Assembly (NCBI GenBank): GCA_965603825.1
Contig: CBFDEM010000018.1
Location: 682,001 to 746,000, forward strand
DNA from: Blepharisma stoltei ATCC 30299
Taxonomy: Eukaryota; Protista; Ciliophora
Reading direction: 5' to 3'
DNA: 64,000 nucleotides
Below the pieces are notes generated by a model that was not told the DNA's origin, did not search any database, and worked only from the letters and a program-made list of their open reading frames with translations. Made by a program: the position numbers and the translations under genes. Shown here one piece after another: positions 63,532-64,000 of the stretch. Numbering within the stretch: the stretch's first letter is position 1; each line of letters opens with the position of its first letter.

Positions 63532-64000
63532 AACTAATCAGAAATAAACTATTGTAGATTTCCAGATTTTTTTGGCTGCTTTTTAATGATTATTTTCAAC
63601 TATATAAATCAAAGAAAAATCAGCCAATCTCAAAATTTGAAACTCTTTAGATGTATCTAATACTAACGAATTATGATTTTGAGCAGAATTGCAAAATACG
63701 ATATAGAAAAAATATGACGTCCAACTTTATTCTCTATTATTTGATATTCCAGGGCCAGATTGATTTTATTCATACTTATAAGAAAATGCTTTTTAATTTT
63801 TTTGAGTTATACTCTTGAAGGCTATTCTTTAAGATTAGTTGAACTTAGTGATACCATTAAATAAATTTAAATATATTTGGCATGCAAGAACTGAGTTAAT
63901 AATGACTAATAACAAAAATTCAAAATATTTCTCATACTGAATAAGTTAAGAATTTAATGAATATAAGATTCCTTGAAGTCTTATCTGCTGGTTAGCATGA

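Overview
Gene-dense, AT-rich eukaryotic DNA, most likely from the somatic (macronuclear) genome of a heterotrich ciliate, best fit Blepharisma. The ORF track is fragmented for two reasons. First, TGA is read as Trp: it sits at invariant Trp positions, swaps with TGG between paralogs, and every reconstructed gene ends in TAA or TAG. Second, genes carry 15-16 nt spliceosomal introns (GTAA...A at -6...YAG). Re-reading under these rules gives about 40 intact genes, including METTL18, POP5, two PP2Cs, a TRIM-like protein, several RING/RBR ligases, VAMP7, NudC, a slicer-type PIWI, a cyclin, STI1, AMPK-alpha, a DHHC palmitoyltransferase, ataxin-10, a MAPK, CEP19, KIF6, a START protein and a chagasin. 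There is also a U3 snoRNA with an upstream USE-like element, a ~1.8 kb tandem duplication and a few pseudogenes. Most notable: a 70-bp TA-bounded, IES-like insert found only in the pseudogenised duplicate; an intron that splits an initiator ATG; convergent genes sharing one TTAA for both stops; a RING gene whose frame needs a 17-nt splice or an indel; and an unexplained GC-rich island at 13.4-13.9 kb. All calls are by eye; no searches were run.
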